A stretch of 64,000 nucleotides of DNA from Escherichia phage vB_EcoM_KAW1E185, in the sequence record NC_054922.1; one strand, given 5' to 3'. The notes beneath the pieces are model-generated. The model had not been told where the DNA came from. It did not search any database and saw only the letters and a program-made list of their open reading frames with translations. Position 1 is the first letter of the stretch; every line of letters starts with the position of its first letter. A program made the translations under genes and the position numbers. Shown one piece after another: positions 11,216 through 22,159 of the stretch.

Positions 11216-12346
11216 TTATGGATAGGTATAGATGATACCAGTTTCTAAAGCAGTTTTATGAATGATGTATCCATTACGCGATTCTTGGACATCAACTTCT
11301 GGATAGTCTTTCATCATCTTCTGAAGAGTGTAACGATGCAGGTAGTATTTACTATCTGGATCTTCAGTTTTCCAATCTTTACCTTCTTCAGTCATTTTTT
11401 GGATTTCATCCATAACCCACCAACCGCACCAGATGTAAGCTGAGCTACGGTGTGGAAGAGGATGAACATAAGGTAATTCACCTTCTGGTTCTGGAGCAAC
11501 TTTATCAGTTACCTGAACTTGACCTTCCGCCGTAATAGTTTTGCTATCATAATCAGCAGCAGTAACAGTTGCAGTAACTTCAATAGTTTGACTTCCAATA
11601 GATGAGGTATCAACTGTATATACATTAGTTGATCCTTCTACAGGAGAAGAATCTTTCTTCCATGAATACGCAATTTGCGCTTCTTCTGGAGCATCAGTGA
11701 CATTAGCAGTAAATGTAGCCGAAGCATCTTGTTGAACGTTAATAGAAGGAGGAGTCAATGTAACCTGTGGATTCATTGTCTTCTTATTAACTGTTAATGA
11801 TACTTCATTCGAAGTAACTTCCTTTTCATTGTAATTTTCAGCAGTTACTTGAGCTACGCATTTAATTCTTTTTACTCCACTTGTAGTTGGAGTATAGTTA
11901 AATGTAGAGTTAGTTTCTCCACCAACTTGTGAATCATCTACATACCACTGATACGTAGCAGATGCTCCATCAGGTTGAGAAGCTAAGGCAGCGGTAAATT
12001 CAACAGCTGTTCCAATCACTCCAGCAGCAGGACTATCAGGAGTTACTGCCAAGGTAGTTGTCTGTGTCTTATTTTGAACTGTGATAGTTGTTGTCGCTTC
12101 AGCCGTTTCCGGGCCTCCTTCAGAAAGTGTATTTGTTGCAACTACTTTAATAGTCTTTTGACCGGCAGGTCCTTTTAGTACATAACTAAAAGTTGCTTCA
12201 GCTCCATCTTGTGGAGCATCATCTACAGTCCAAGCATAGGTAATAGTTCCGCCTCCAGTTTCACCACTGGGTGTAGCAGTAAACTGCTGAGTCTGATCTA
12301 TAACTCCAGTAGGTGTTTTAGGAGTTATATCAACTGTAAAAGCCAT
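11216..12346 (-). CDS. hoc: highly immunogenic outer capsid protein Hoc (Ig-like domains)
   Basis: 376 aa, T4 Hoc length; Thr/Val-rich repeated Ig-like segments. Confidence 0.88.
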   Translation of the reverse strand: MAFTVDITPKTPTGVIDQTQQFTATPSGETGGGTITYAWTVDDAPQDGAEATFSYVLKGPAGQKTIKVVATNTLSEGGPETAEATTTITVQNKTQTTTLAVTPDSPAAGVIGTAVEFTAALASQPDGASATYQWYVDDSQVGGETNSTFNYTPTTSGVKRIKCVAQVTAENYNEKEVTSNEVSLTVNKKTMNPQVTLTPPSINVQQDASATFTANVTDAPEEAQIAYSWKKDSSPVEGSTNVYTVDTSSIGSQTIEVTATVTAADYDSKTITAEGQVQVTDKVAPEPEGELPYVHPLPHRSSAYIWCGWWVMDEIQKMTEEGKDWKTEDPDSKYYLHRYTLQKMMKDYPEVDVQESRNGYIIHKTALETGIIYTYP

Positions 12347-12355
12347 AAGTTATCC

Positions 12356-13036
12356 TTATTTTAATGTTACGAAAGAAGAATTGCGTGTTTCACGAATTAG
12401 AACTGATCCGTCGCGATTAATGTAATAAATTAAGCTAAATAAAGTTTGGTGTGCCGACGCATGTTCAAAACTAGTTGGGTGAGATTTCCAATCCGGAGTT
12501 TCAGCAATCCACTGATAAATCCACCAAGGAACAGTACAGAATCCTGGATTTTTTCCAATCAGCTGAAGATTCGGACTAAAGTTTTCCGGAAGAGTAAATA
12601 CAGACGGCTTTTCAGATTCAATAATCTCAGCTACAGCTTGCTCGAATTTTTCTTCAACAAAAGGAGTATCTTCAATCAAAACATCGGTATTTTCGGGAAT
12701 TTTATCCGTTTCGACTACTTCAATTTTAATGTCAGATTTAACCGGAGAATCAATCAGAAGTGCTGCCTCTGGATTGACTTCTTCATCGTCATATTTTAAT
12801 CCGTCTGCGGCATCAGCAGCATCAATTAAGTCTTTAATAGATAACCCATCAGTCTCTGGCATAGGTTCACTAGCGAGCTTCTGGAGGGCTTCTTCAATAT
12901 CATTAACGATATTATCAAAAGATTTATTCTTTTTGACCTTTATACCAAACTGTTCAGCATATTCAGCTAATTTAGCTTTAGCTTCTTTATTATCATCAAG
13001 AGCCTTCAGCTCTGCAATATAATCTTTATCTATCAT
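12356..13036 (-). CDS. inh: Inh, inhibitor of prohead protease gp21
   Basis: 226 aa, T4 Inh length and position between hoc and uvsW. Confidence 0.8.
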   Translation of the reverse strand: MIDKDYIAELKALDDNKEAKAKLAEYAEQFGIKVKKNKSFDNIVNDIEEALQKLASEPMPETDGLSIKDLIDAADAADGLKYDDEEVNPEAALLIDSPVKSDIKIEVVETDKIPENTDVLIEDTPFVEEKFEQAVAEIIESEKPSVFTLPENFSPNLQLIGKNPGFCTVPWWIYQWIAETPDWKSHPTSFEHASAHQTLFSLIYYINRDGSVLIRETRNSSFVTLK

Positions 13037-13049
13037 AATATTTCCTCAG

Positions 13050-13057
13050 TATAAATA
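13050..13057 (+). promoter_or_regulatory. late promoter TATAAATA for uvsW
   Basis: Exact TATAAATA about 30 nt upstream of uvsW ATG. Confidence 0.55.
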
Positions 13058-13086
13058 TAGATATATTTATTACATGGTATTTAGAC

Positions 13087-14598
13087 ATGACTGACATTAA
13101 AGTACATTTTTATGATTTTAGTCACGTGAGAATTGATTGTGAAGAAAGTACATTTCATGAACTCCGTGATTTCTTTAGCTTTGAAGCTGATGGGTATCGT
13201 TTTAATCCGAAGTACAAATATGGCCACTGGGATGGACGAATCCGTCTTTTAGATTATAATCGTCTTCTTCCATTCGGCTTAGTCGGGCAAATTAAAAAGT
13301 TCTGTGATAACTTTGGCTATAAAGCCTGGATTGACCCACAAATTAACGAAAAAGAAGAATTATCAAGAAAAGATTTTGATGAATGGCTTTCTAAATTAGA
13401 AATCTATTCAGGAAATAAAAGAATTGAACCACACTGGTATCAAAAAGATGCAGTGTTCGAAGGATTAGTTAATCGTCGTAGAATTCTTAATCTTCCAACA
13501 TCTGCAGGTAAATCTTTAATTCAAGCTTTGCTTGCGCGATATTATTTGGAAAATTATGAAGGTAAAATTCTTATCATTGTTCCAACAACTGCTCTGACAA
13601 CTCAGATGGCTGATGACTTCGTCGACTATCGTTTATTCAGTCATGCAATGATAAAGAAAATTGGCGGCGGAGCATCAAAAGATGATAAATATAAAAATGA
13701 TGCACCAGTCGTTGTTGGTACATGGCAAACTGTAGTTAAACAACCGAAAGAATGGTTCTCACAGTTTGGAATGATGATGAATGATGAATGTCATCTTGCT
13801 ACAGGAAAAAGTATTTCATCTATCATATCAGGTTTAAATAACTGCATGTTCAAATTCGGTTTGTCTGGTTCATTACGTGATGGCAAAGCCAATATCATGC
13901 AGTATGTTGGAATGTTTGGTGAAATATTTAAGCCAGTAACGACTTCTAAATTAATGGAAGATGGACAAGTAACTGAGCTAAAAATTAATAGTATTTTTCT
14001 TCGCTATCCCGATGAGTTCACTACTAAATTAAAGGGAAAAACTTATCAAGAAGAAATAAAAATTATTACTGGGCTTAGTAAAAGAAATAAATGGATTGCT
14101 AAATTAGCTATTAAGCTTGCGCAAAAAGATGAAAACACTTTTGTCATGTTTAAACATGTATCACATGGTAAAGCTATTTTCGATTTAATTAAAAATGAAT
14201 ACGATAAAGTTTATTACGTATCAGGGGAAGTTGATACCGAAACACGCAACGTAATGAAAACCTTAGCTGAAAACGGTAAAGGAATAATTATAGTAGCTAG
14301 TTATGGTGTATTTTCTACTGGTATTTCAGTTAAAAATCTGCATCACGTTGTTTTAGCGCACGGTGTTAAATCAAAAATCATTGTATTACAAACAATAGGT
14401 CGCGTATTACGTAAGCATGGTTCTAAAACAATCGCAACGGTCTGGGACCTCATTGATGATTGTGGTGTTAAGCCAAAATCTGCTAATACGAAAAAGAAAT
14501 ACGTTCATTTGAACTATCTTTTAAAACATGGCATTGATCGTATTCAGCGCTACGCAGATGAAAAATTTAATTACGTAATGAAAACAGTTAATTTATAA
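13087..14598 (+). CDS. uvsW: UvsW DNA/RNA helicase (SF2)
   Basis: 503 aa, T4 UvsW length; Walker A LPTSAGKS and DECH box present. Confidence 0.95.
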   Translation: MTDIKVHFYDFSHVRIDCEESTFHELRDFFSFEADGYRFNPKYKYGHWDGRIRLLDYNRLLPFGLVGQIKKFCDNFGYKAWIDPQINEKEELSRKDFDEWLSKLEIYSGNKRIEPHWYQKDAVFEGLVNRRRILNLPTSAGKSLIQALLARYYLENYEGKILIIVPTTALTTQMADDFVDYRLFSHAMIKKIGGGASKDDKYKNDAPVVVGTWQTVVKQPKEWFSQFGMMMNDECHLATGKSISSIISGLNNCMFKFGLSGSLRDGKANIMQYVGMFGEIFKPVTTSKLMEDGQVTELKINSIFLRYPDEFTTKLKGKTYQEEIKIITGLSKRNKWIAKLAIKLAQKDENTFVMFKHVSHGKAIFDLIKNEYDKVYYVSGEVDTETRNVMKTLAENGKGIIIVASYGVFSTGISVKNLHHVVLAHGVKSKIIVLQTIGRVLRKHGSKTIATVWDLIDDCGVKPKSANTKKKYVHLNYLLKHGIDRIQRYADEKFNYVMKTVNL

Positions 14599-14623
14599 GG
14601 GCTTCGGCCCTTTGGAGAAAAAG

Positions 14624-14854
14624 ATGTTACTAGAATTTAAACAATTTCTTTATGAAGCTTCTATTGATGAATTTATGGGTAAAATTGCCTCTTGTCAAAC
14701 ATTAGAAGGTCTAGAAGAACTTGAAGCTTATTATAAGAAAAGAGTTAAAGAAACTGAATTAAAAGATACTGATGACATCTCTGTGAGAGATGCTTTGGCA
14801 GGAAAAAGAGCTGAATTAGAAGATTCAGACGATGAAGTAGAAGAAAGCTTTTAA
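14624..14854 (+). CDS. uvsW.1: UvsW.1 small acidic protein
   Basis: 76 aa from ATG 14624 with GGAG RBS; ORF-track start 14612 is TTG. Confidence 0.7.
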   Translation: MLLEFKQFLYEASIDEFMGKIASCQTLEGLEELEAYYKKRVKETELKDTDDISVRDALAGKRAELEDSDDEVEESF

Positions 14855-14909
14855 ATTAAAAAAGGCCCAACCAAAAAGGAAGGGCCAAAACTATAGACTA
14901 AAGGTCACA

Positions 14910-15077
14910 CTATAGCAAAAGTTGTGTTTCATTTAATTGTTCTTCCGAACTTTCTGAAACTGGTAGTTCTTTAATGTAATTATAACAAGGCCCAGGATGT
15001 ACAGGACCTTTGTCTGTTTCAACAACCAATGCAGAATCGATTGGAGTTTTACAGACAACACAAATCTTATCTGACAT
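14910..15077 (-). CDS. small Cys-containing protein (T4 uvsY.-2-like), 55 aa
   Basis: Hand-translated MSDKICVVCKTPIDSALVVETDKGPVHPGPCYNY...; GGAG 6 nt upstream of ATG; below the 60-aa ORF-track cutoff. Confidence 0.5.
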   Translation of the reverse strand: MSDKICVVCKTPIDSALVVETDKGPVHPGPCYNYIKELPVSESSEEQLNETQLLL

Positions 15078-15105
15078 GATTGTCTCCTCTAAATTATATA
15101 TCTAT

Positions 15106-15330
15106 TTATATAACTCTCATATGCATATCAATGCCCATATCTTTAGAATAAAAATATTCATCAAGATATCCGGCAAATTTTCCTTTAATATAAAGTACAT
15201 CTTCACCGCATGGGTGGTCGGCCAGGATACGAATATCCTGACGCTTGAGATTATACTTTTTCATTAAGAATTGAATTTCCGTTTCAAATTCTTCTTCATA
15301 ATTAAAAGCATCATCAATGCTATATCTCAT
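15106..15330 (-). CDS. uvsY.-1: hypothetical protein uvsY.-1
   Basis: 74 aa, start overlaps uvsY stop. Confidence 0.7.
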   Translation of the reverse strand: MRYSIDDAFNYEEEFETEIQFLMKKYNLKRQDIRILADHPCGEDVLYIKGKFAGYLDEYFYSKDMGIDMHMRVI

Positions 15331-15743
15331 TATTTTCCAGCCTCAAATGCTCGCATGTCTTGAATATGCTTAATAGCAAATCCGCGTGATTTGATAGCAT
15401 CAAGAGCTCCGCTACAGAAATCTAATAAAATCCCCCAATACTGTAACGAGGTATCAACCTTTAAAACATCCTTATCAGCTGATAGAACTGTCTTCATTTC
15501 TGATTTCTCGTAACGATCCATACTAAATTCATCACCATCTCCTCGTCCCGAGTAGTAGTCTAATTTAGCTTTAAGAGCAACTTTTTTCTGCGCGTCAATT
15601 CTAAGCATTTCCTTTTTAATACTTGAATGCTTATTGAGCCATTTACTATATAACATCACATTATTAGCTGCTTCATACTGCAATTTAGTCGAATCTATAA
15701 ACACATCTTTCTTCAATTCTTCTTGAAGATCTTCTAATTTCAT
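15330..15743 (-). CDS. uvsY: UvsY recombination mediator protein
   Basis: 137 aa, T4 UvsY length; MKLEDLQEELKKDVFIDSTKLQYE matches recalled UvsY. Confidence 0.93.
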   Translation of the reverse strand: MKLEDLQEELKKDVFIDSTKLQYEAANNVMLYSKWLNKHSSIKKEMLRIDAQKKVALKAKLDYYSGRGDGDEFSMDRYEKSEMKTVLSADKDVLKVDTSLQYWGILLDFCSGALDAIKSRGFAIKHIQDMRAFEAGK

Positions 15744-15783
15744 ATTGTTCTCTATTCAATTGTTATTGGATGGACTTAGATTC

Positions 15784-15810
15784 ATTATACCACGTTTATA
15801 CGTGAAGCAT
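15784..15810 (-). promoter_or_regulatory. MotA-dependent middle promoter for uvsY
   Basis: Minus strand aTGCTTcA MotA box, 13-nt spacer, TATAAT -10. Confidence 0.55.
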
Positions 15811-16208
15811 TATACTCTGTTACTGGAAGCCAGTTGTAGTTTTATCTGCTCAATATCATCAGGGTTATCGATGACCGAAAAGCGTATTTCTACTATCAGA
15901 GTATAATCATCATAAACTGGTATTACATTAACTGCTAATTTATCAATACGTGGCTCGTAGTTTCTTACTGCGCTTTCAATGTTACGCTCAACAGTATCAG
16001 CAGTAAGAGGAGTCATATTCTCAAAAAGCTGATCAGATAAATCGCATCCAAATTCTGGGTCAAATGGCCTTGACCCTTTCCTGGTTGTAATAATTCCCAA
16101 AAGGCTATTTTTAATTGACCTTAATCCAAGAGATCTGGAAACGTCTTTGTCCCAATCCATTTTCATTTCTGGGTCAATGTCAGAATAAAGCTTATTAATA
16201 TTTGCCAT
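15810..16208 (-). CDS. 25: baseplate wedge protein gp25
   Basis: 132 aa, T4 gp25 length; [22 protein letters not shown] matches recalled gp25. Confidence 0.93.
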   Translation of the reverse strand: MANINKLYSDIDPEMKMDWDKDVSRSLGLRSIKNSLLGIITTRKGSRPFDPEFGCDLSDQLFENMTPLTADTVERNIESAVRNYEPRIDKLAVNVIPVYDDYTLIVEIRFSVIDNPDDIEQIKLQLASSNRV

Positions 16209-16834
16209 TACAATAGCTCAAAGAATTCTTTGAGTCCTCTTATTACATGAGCGTGAGATTTTCCACACTCTGGACACTTAATTGGAACAGCCAAATAAAC
16301 AGTAGGCTTTAAAAGCATATCTTTTATAGCTACAATATCTGACTCTGTGATGATAGAATATAAATCTTCCAACTCTTTTTCATTTAAGTCTTCAATTGGA
16401 ATGCTTTCACCGTTAGCATGAATCGTTTCTATACATGATACTATCATGTGGGCTATATTTTTATCATCAAAAATTTTAGGGTAATGGAACTTAATTTTAA
16501 TGTCACCCAGTGTATACCAGAGGTCTTCTGGTGCATCTATTTGTGTATGTAATAGATTTATATGGGTTGGTATTTCAGTTCCGCAGGTGCACTTCCAGGA
16601 GTTTTCGTGATTAACTTCTCCAAGAGAATGTGCCCATAAATGAATCAATAGTAGTTCTGATTCTTGGCGGTTTAAATCTTTTGCATTTGTGCATTCTTTG
16701 ATTAGCTTTTTAACGATCTCTTCTACTGAACCGTTCTTTTTAGCAGTAATAAGTTCTAGATATTCTTTAAGAGTAAATGCGCGACAGTTGATTATTTTAG
16801 AACCAACTCTCACATCAAATTTGTATTCATACAT
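16208..16834 (-). CDS. 26: baseplate hub protein gp26
   Basis: 208 aa, T4 gp26 length, divergent from gene 51. Confidence 0.88.
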   Translation of the reverse strand: MYEYKFDVRVGSKIINCRAFTLKEYLELITAKKNGSVEEIVKKLIKECTNAKDLNRQESELLLIHLWAHSLGEVNHENSWKCTCGTEIPTHINLLHTQIDAPEDLWYTLGDIKIKFHYPKIFDDKNIAHMIVSCIETIHANGESIPIEDLNEKELEDLYSIITESDIVAIKDMLLKPTVYLAVPIKCPECGKSHAHVIRGLKEFFELL

Positions 16835-16855
16835 ATTTAGCTCCTTTATTTATCA

Positions 16856-16863
16856 TATTTATA
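16856..16863 (-). promoter_or_regulatory. late promoter TATAAATA for gene 26 (divergent, overlapping)
   Basis: Palindrome TATTTATAAATA at 16856-16867 gives TATAAATA on both strands. Confidence 0.55.
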
Positions 16864-16867
16864 AATA
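16860..16867 (+). promoter_or_regulatory. late promoter TATAAATA for gene 51
   Basis: Same palindrome, plus-strand reading, about 18 nt upstream of gene 51 ATG. Confidence 0.55.
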
Positions 16868-16884
16868 GAATAAAAGGAGCATCT

Positions 16885-17634
16885 ATGGCAAACATTATTC
16901 GTTGTAAATTACCAGATGGTGTTCATCGTTTTAAACCATTTACGGTAGAAGATTATCGAGATTTTTTGTTAGTTCGAAACGATATAGAACATCGGTCACC
17001 ACAAGAACAAAAAGAAATAATTGCTGATTTAATTGCCGATTATTTTGGAGACTATCCGAAGACTTGGCAACCATTTATATTTTTGCAGGTATTTGTAGGG
17101 TCAATAGGTAAAACTAAAGTACCGGTCACATTTGTATGTCCAAAATGTAAAAAAGAAAAGACAGTTCCATTTGAAATATATCAAAAAGAATTAAAGGAAC
17201 CTGTTTTTGATGTAGCTAATGTTAAAATTAAATTAAAGTTTCCTTCTGAGTTTTATGAAAATAAAGCAAAGATGATTACTGAAAATATTCATTCCGTTCA
17301 AGTAGATGAAATGTGGTATGATTGGAATGAAATTAGCGAATCAAGTCAAATAGAACTTGTTGATGCCATCGAGATAGAAACATTAGAAAAAATTCTCGAT
17401 GCAATGAATCCTATTAATTTAACATTGCATATGTCATGTTGTAATAAGTATGTAAAAAAATACACTGATATAGTAGATGTGTTTAAGCTATTAGTTAACC
17501 CAGATGAAATATTTACTTTTTATCAAATCAATCACACGCTCGTAAAAAGTAATTATAGCTTAAATTCAATAATGAAAATGATTCCTGCTGAGCGCGGATT
17601 CGTATTAAAACTGATTGAGAAGGATAAACAATAA
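16885..17634 (+). CDS. 51: baseplate hub assembly catalyst gp51
   Basis: 249 aa, T4 gp51 length and position. Confidence 0.88.
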   Translation: MANIIRCKLPDGVHRFKPFTVEDYRDFLLVRNDIEHRSPQEQKEIIADLIADYFGDYPKTWQPFIFLQVFVGSIGKTKVPVTFVCPKCKKEKTVPFEIYQKELKEPVFDVANVKIKLKFPSEFYENKAKMITENIHSVQVDEMWYDWNEISESSQIELVDAIEIETLEKILDAMNPINLTLHMSCCNKYVKKYTDIVDVFKLLVNPDEIFTFYQINHTLVKSNYSLNSIMKMIPAERGFVLKLIEKDKQ

Positions 17635-18809
17635 TGAGTATGTTGCAACGCCCAGGATATCCAAATCTCAGCGTTAAATTATTTGATAGCTACGACGCTT
17701 GGAGTAATAATAGATTTGTTGAATTAGCTGCTACTATTACCACATTAACTATGCGGGATTCTCTTTATGGCCGAAATGAAGGAATGCTGCAGTTTTATGA
17801 TTCTAAAAATATCCATACAAAAATGGATGGAAATGAAATAATTCAGATTTCTGTAGCTAATGCAAACGATATTAATAATGTTAAAACACGAATTTATGGA
17901 TGTAAGCATTTTTCCGTGTCAGTAGATTCAAAGGGTGATAACATCATTGCTATTGAATTGGGAACTATTCATTCTATAGAAAATCTTAAATTTGGCAGAC
18001 CGTTTTTCTCTGATGCAGGTGAATCTATAAAGGAAATGCTTGGTGTCATTTATCAGGATCGCACGTTATTAACTCCATCAATAAATGCTATAAATGCTTA
18101 TGTTCCTGATATTCCGTGGACTAGTACATTTGAAAACTATTTGTCATATGTTAGAGAAGTTGCTCTAGCTGTAGGAAGTGACAAATTTGTATTTGTGTGG
18201 CAAGACATCATGGGAGTTAACATGATGGACTATGATATGATGATAAATCAAGAACCATATCCAATGATTGTCGGTGAGCCATCTTTAATAGGTCAATTTG
18301 TCCAAGAATTAAAATACCCATTAGCATATGATTTTGTTTGGTTGACTAAATCGAATCCTCACAAACGTGACCCAATGAAAAATGCTACTATCTATGCTCA
18401 TTCATTTTTAGATTCTTCACTGCCAATGATTACTACAGGAAAGGGTGAAAACTCTATTGTAGTGTCAAGGTCAGGTGCTTATTCTGAAATGACTTATAGG
18501 AATGGATATGAAGAAGCTATTCGTCTTCAAACTATGGCACAATATGACGGCTATGCTAAATGTTCTACTGTCGGTAATTTTAACTTGACTCCTGGTGTTA
18601 AAATTATTTTTAATGATAGTAAAAACCAATTTAAAACAGAATTTTACGTTGATGAAGTTATCCATGAATTATCCAATAATAATTCAATAACTCATCTATA
18701 TATGTTCACTAATGCAACGAAACTGGAAACAATAGACCCAGTTAAGGTTAAAAATGAATTTAAATCTGATACTACCACTGAAGAAAGTAGTTCTTCCAAT
18801 AAGCAATAA
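17634..18809 (+). CDS. 27: baseplate hub protein gp27
   Basis: 391 aa, T4 gp27 length. Confidence 0.92.
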   Translation: MSMLQRPGYPNLSVKLFDSYDAWSNNRFVELAATITTLTMRDSLYGRNEGMLQFYDSKNIHTKMDGNEIIQISVANANDINNVKTRIYGCKHFSVSVDSKGDNIIAIELGTIHSIENLKFGRPFFSDAGESIKEMLGVIYQDRTLLTPSINAINAYVPDIPWTSTFENYLSYVREVALAVGSDKFVFVWQDIMGVNMMDYDMMINQEPYPMIVGEPSLIGQFVQELKYPLAYDFVWLTKSNPHKRDPMKNATIYAHSFLDSSLPMITTGKGENSIVVSRSGAYSEMTYRNGYEEAIRLQTMAQYDGYAKCSTVGNFNLTPGVKIIFNDSKNQFKTEFYVDEVIHELSNNNSITHLYMFTNATKLETIDPVKVKNEFKSDTTTEESSSSNKQ

Positions 18810-19287
18810 AGAAGTTTCTATTCCTAAAATGGGTCTTAAACATTATAACATTTTAAAAGATGTTAAAGGTCCTGATGAAAATTTAAAACTTCTTATTGAT
18901 TCTATTTGTCCGAATTTATCACCGGCAGAAGTTGATTTCGTTTCTATTCATTTATTGGAATTTAATGGAAAGATTAAATCTCGTAAAGAAATAGATGGCT
19001 ATACTTATGACATTAATGATGTTTATGTATGCCAAAGATTAGAATTTCAATACCAAGGAAATACATTTTATTTTAGACCTCCTGGAAAATTTGAACAATT
19101 TTTAACGGTGAGCGATATGTTATCTAAATGCTTGCTTAAGGTCAACGATGAAGTTAAAGAAATTAATTTTCTTGAGATGCCAGCATTCGTTTTAAAATGG
19201 GCAAATGATATTTTTACAACTTTAGCAATTCCTGGCCCTAATGGTCCAATAACTGGAATTGGCAATATTATTGGATTATTTGAATGA
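18754..19287 (+). CDS. 28: baseplate hub distal subunit gp28
   Basis: 177 aa, T4 gp28 length; overlaps 3' end of gene 27 by 56 nt. Confidence 0.82.
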   Translation: MNLNLILPLKKVVLPISNKEVSIPKMGLKHYNILKDVKGPDENLKLLIDSICPNLSPAEVDFVSIHLLEFNGKIKSRKEIDGYTYDINDVYVCQRLEFQYQGNTFYFRPPGKFEQFLTVSDMLSKCLLKVNDEVKEINFLEMPAFVLKWANDIFTTLAIPGPNGPITGIGNIIGLFE

Positions 19288-21056
19288 AAAAGCCACAAGA
19301 AATGCAAACGATGCGTAGAAAAGTTATTTCAGATAATAAACCAACACAGGAAGCGGCTAAATCCGCTTCCAACACTTTATCTGGACTTAATGACATATCT
19401 ACGAAATTGGATGATGCTCAAGCTGCTTCTGAATTAATTGCTCAAACTGTCGAAGAAAAATCGAATGAAATAATTGGAGCAATTGACAATGTAGAAAGCG
19501 CAGTGAGTGATACTACTGCCGGTTCTGAGTTAATTGCTGAAACTGTCGAAATTGGCAACAATATTAATAAAGAAATCGGTGAATCGCTCGGAAGCAAATT
19601 AGATAAATTAACAAGTTTACTAGAGCAAAAAATCCAGACAGCCGGAATTCAACAAACAGGAACTAGTTTAGCTACGGTTGAAAGCGCTATTCCTGTTAAA
19701 GTTGTTGAGGACGATACAGCTGAATCTGTGGGTCCTTTATTACCGGCTCCTGAAGCAGTTAATAATGATCCTGATGCTGATTTTTTCCCTACCCCTCAGC
19801 CAGTTGAACCTAAACAAGAATCGCCAGAAGAAAAACAGAAAAAAGACGCATTTAACTTAAAATTATCTCAAGCTTTAGATAAATTAACAAAGACTGTTGA
19901 TTTCGGATTTAAGAAATCTATTTCAATTACTGATAAAATATCAAGCATGCTATTTAAGTATACCGTCAGTGCTGCTATTGAAGCTGCTAAAATGACTGCA
20001 ATGATATTGGCTGTTGTTGTTGGAATAGATCTGCTGATGGTTCATTTCAAATATTGGTCAGATAAATTTTCACAGGCTTGGGATTTGTTTAGTTCAAACT
20101 TTACTAAATTCTCTAGCGAAACCGGAACATGGGGTCCTTTATTACAGAGCATCTTTAGTTCTATTGATGAAATTAAAAAATTCTGGGAAGAGGGAGATTG
20201 GGGCGGTTTGACGGTAGCTATTGTAGAAGGGCTTGGAAAGGTTCTTTATAATTTAGGAGAACTTATTCAGCTTGGAATGGCTAAATTATCTGCTGCAATT
20301 CTTCGAGTCATTCCTGGCATGAAGGATACCGCTGATGAAGTAGAAGGAAGAGCACTAGAAAATTTCCAAAATTCTACTGGAGCATCTCTCAATAAAGAAG
20401 ACCAGGAAAAAGTTGCAAATTATCAAGATAAACGAATGAACGGAGACCTTGGTCCGATAGCAAAAGGATTAGATAAAATTGCTAATTGGAAAACTCGTGC
20501 ATCTAACTGGATTCGTGGCGTTGATAATAAAGAAGCACTAACTACCGACGAAGAACGTGCAGCAGAAGAAGAAAAATTAAAGCAACTTTCACCAGAAGAA
20601 AGAAAAAATGCTTTAATGAAGGCTAATGAAGCCCGTGCCGCGATGATTCGTTTTGAAAAATACGCTGATTCGGCTGATATGAGTAAAGACTCAACGGTTA
20701 AATCAGTTGAAGCTGCCTATGAAGACCTTAAAAAACGGATGGATGACCCGGATTTAAATAATTCACCGGCAGTTAAAAAAGAACTTGCTGCTAGATTTTC
20801 TAAAATTGATGCTACTTATCAAGAGCTCAAGAAAAATCAGCCTAATGCCAAACCTGAAACTTCTGCTAAATCGCCAGAAGCAAAACAAGTCCAGGTAATA
20901 GAAAAGAACAAAGCACAGCAAGCTCCTGTTCAACAAGCATCTCCTTCAATCAATAATACTAATAATGTTATTAAGAAAAATACTGTCGTTCATAATATGA
21001 CACCCGTAACGAGCACGACTGCTCCTGGTGTATTTGATGCGACCGGAGTTAATTAA
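19284..21056 (+). CDS. 29: tail tube length tape-measure protein gp29
   Basis: 590 aa, T4 gp29 length; predicted hydrophobic central segment. Confidence 0.9.
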   Translation: MKKPQEMQTMRRKVISDNKPTQEAAKSASNTLSGLNDISTKLDDAQAASELIAQTVEEKSNEIIGAIDNVESAVSDTTAGSELIAETVEIGNNINKEIGESLGSKLDKLTSLLEQKIQTAGIQQTGTSLATVESAIPVKVVEDDTAESVGPLLPAPEAVNNDPDADFFPTPQPVEPKQESPEEKQKKDAFNLKLSQALDKLTKTVDFGFKKSISITDKISSMLFKYTVSAAIEAAKMTAMILAVVVGIDLLMVHFKYWSDKFSQAWDLFSSNFTKFSSETGTWGPLLQSIFSSIDEIKKFWEEGDWGGLTVAIVEGLGKVLYNLGELIQLGMAKLSAAILRVIPGMKDTADEVEGRALENFQNSTGASLNKEDQEKVANYQDKRMNGDLGPIAKGLDKIANWKTRASNWIRGVDNKEALTTDEERAAEEEKLKQLSPEERKNALMKANEARAAMIRFEKYADSADMSKDSTVKSVEAAYEDLKKRMDDPDLNNSPAVKKELAARFSKIDATYQELKKNQPNAKPETSAKSPEAKQVQVIEKNKAQQAPVQQASPSINNTNNVIKKNTVVHNMTPVTSTTAPGVFDATGVN

Positions 21057-21064
21057 GGAATAAT

Positions 21065-22159
21065 ATGGCAATTGTTAAAGAAATAACTGCTGATTTAATT
21101 AAAAAGTCCGGTGAGAAAATTTCAGCCGGACAGAGTACTAAATCAGAAGTAGCAACTAAAACATACACTGCCCAGTTTCCAACTGGGCGTGCTAGTGGTA
21201 ATGACACTACAGGGGACTTCCAGGTAACAGATCTATATAAGAATGGATTATTATTTACTGCATACAATATGTCATCTAGGGATTCTGGAAGTCTTAGATC
21301 GATGAGATCTAACTACTCTTCTTCATCTTCGAGTATTTTAAGTACAGCTAGAAACACTATTAGTAGTACAGTATCAAAACTATCAAATGGATTAATATCA
21401 AACAATAATTCAGGAACAATAAGTAAAGCTCCTGTCGCAAACATTCTTTTACCGAGATCTAAATCTGACGTTGATACGTCATCACACAGATTTAATGATG
21501 TTCAAGAAAGTCTTATCAGCAGAGGCGGAGGTACTGCTACTGGCGTGTTAAGTAATATTGCTTCAACTGCAGTATTTGGGGCACTGGAAAGTATAACACA
21601 AGGTATAATGGCTGATAATAATGAACAGATTTATACGACAGCCAGAAGTATGTATGGCGGTGCTGAGAATAGAACTAAAGTGTTTACATGGGATTTGACA
21701 CCACGTTCAACAGAAGATTTGATGGCTATTATTAATATCTATCAGTATTTTAACTATTTTTCTTATGGTGAAACGGGCAAATCTCAATATGCTGCTGAAA
21801 TAAAGGGGTATTTAGATGATTGGTATCGTTCTACATTAATTGAACCTTTATCTCCGGAAGACGCGGCTAAAAATAAAACACTATTTGAGAAAATGACATC
21901 GAGTTTAACTAACGTTCTAGTAGTTTCAAACCCGACAATTTGGATGGTGAAAAACTTTGGCGCAACATCTAAGTTTGATGGAAAAACGGAAATATTTGGC
22001 CCATGCCAAATACAGAGCATCAGATTTGATAAAACACCTAATGGTAACTTTAACGGATTAGCTATTGCTCCAAACCTCCCTAGTACATTTACTCTTGAGA
22101 TTACTATGAGAGAAATTATCACGTTAAACCGTGCTTCTTTATATGCGGGGACTTTTTAA
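21065..22159 (+). CDS. 48: baseplate-tail tube junction protein gp48
   Basis: 364 aa, T4 gp48 length. Confidence 0.9.
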   Translation: MAIVKEITADLIKKSGEKISAGQSTKSEVATKTYTAQFPTGRASGNDTTGDFQVTDLYKNGLLFTAYNMSSRDSGSLRSMRSNYSSSSSSILSTARNTISSTVSKLSNGLISNNNSGTISKAPVANILLPRSKSDVDTSSHRFNDVQESLISRGGGTATGVLSNIASTAVFGALESITQGIMADNNEQIYTTARSMYGGAENRTKVFTWDLTPRSTEDLMAIINIYQYFNYFSYGETGKSQYAAEIKGYLDDWYRSTLIEPLSPEDAAKNKTLFEKMTSSLTNVLVVSNPTIWMVKNFGATSKFDGKTEIFGPCQIQSIRFDKTPNGNFNGLAIAPNLPSTFTLEITMREIITLNRASLYAGTF

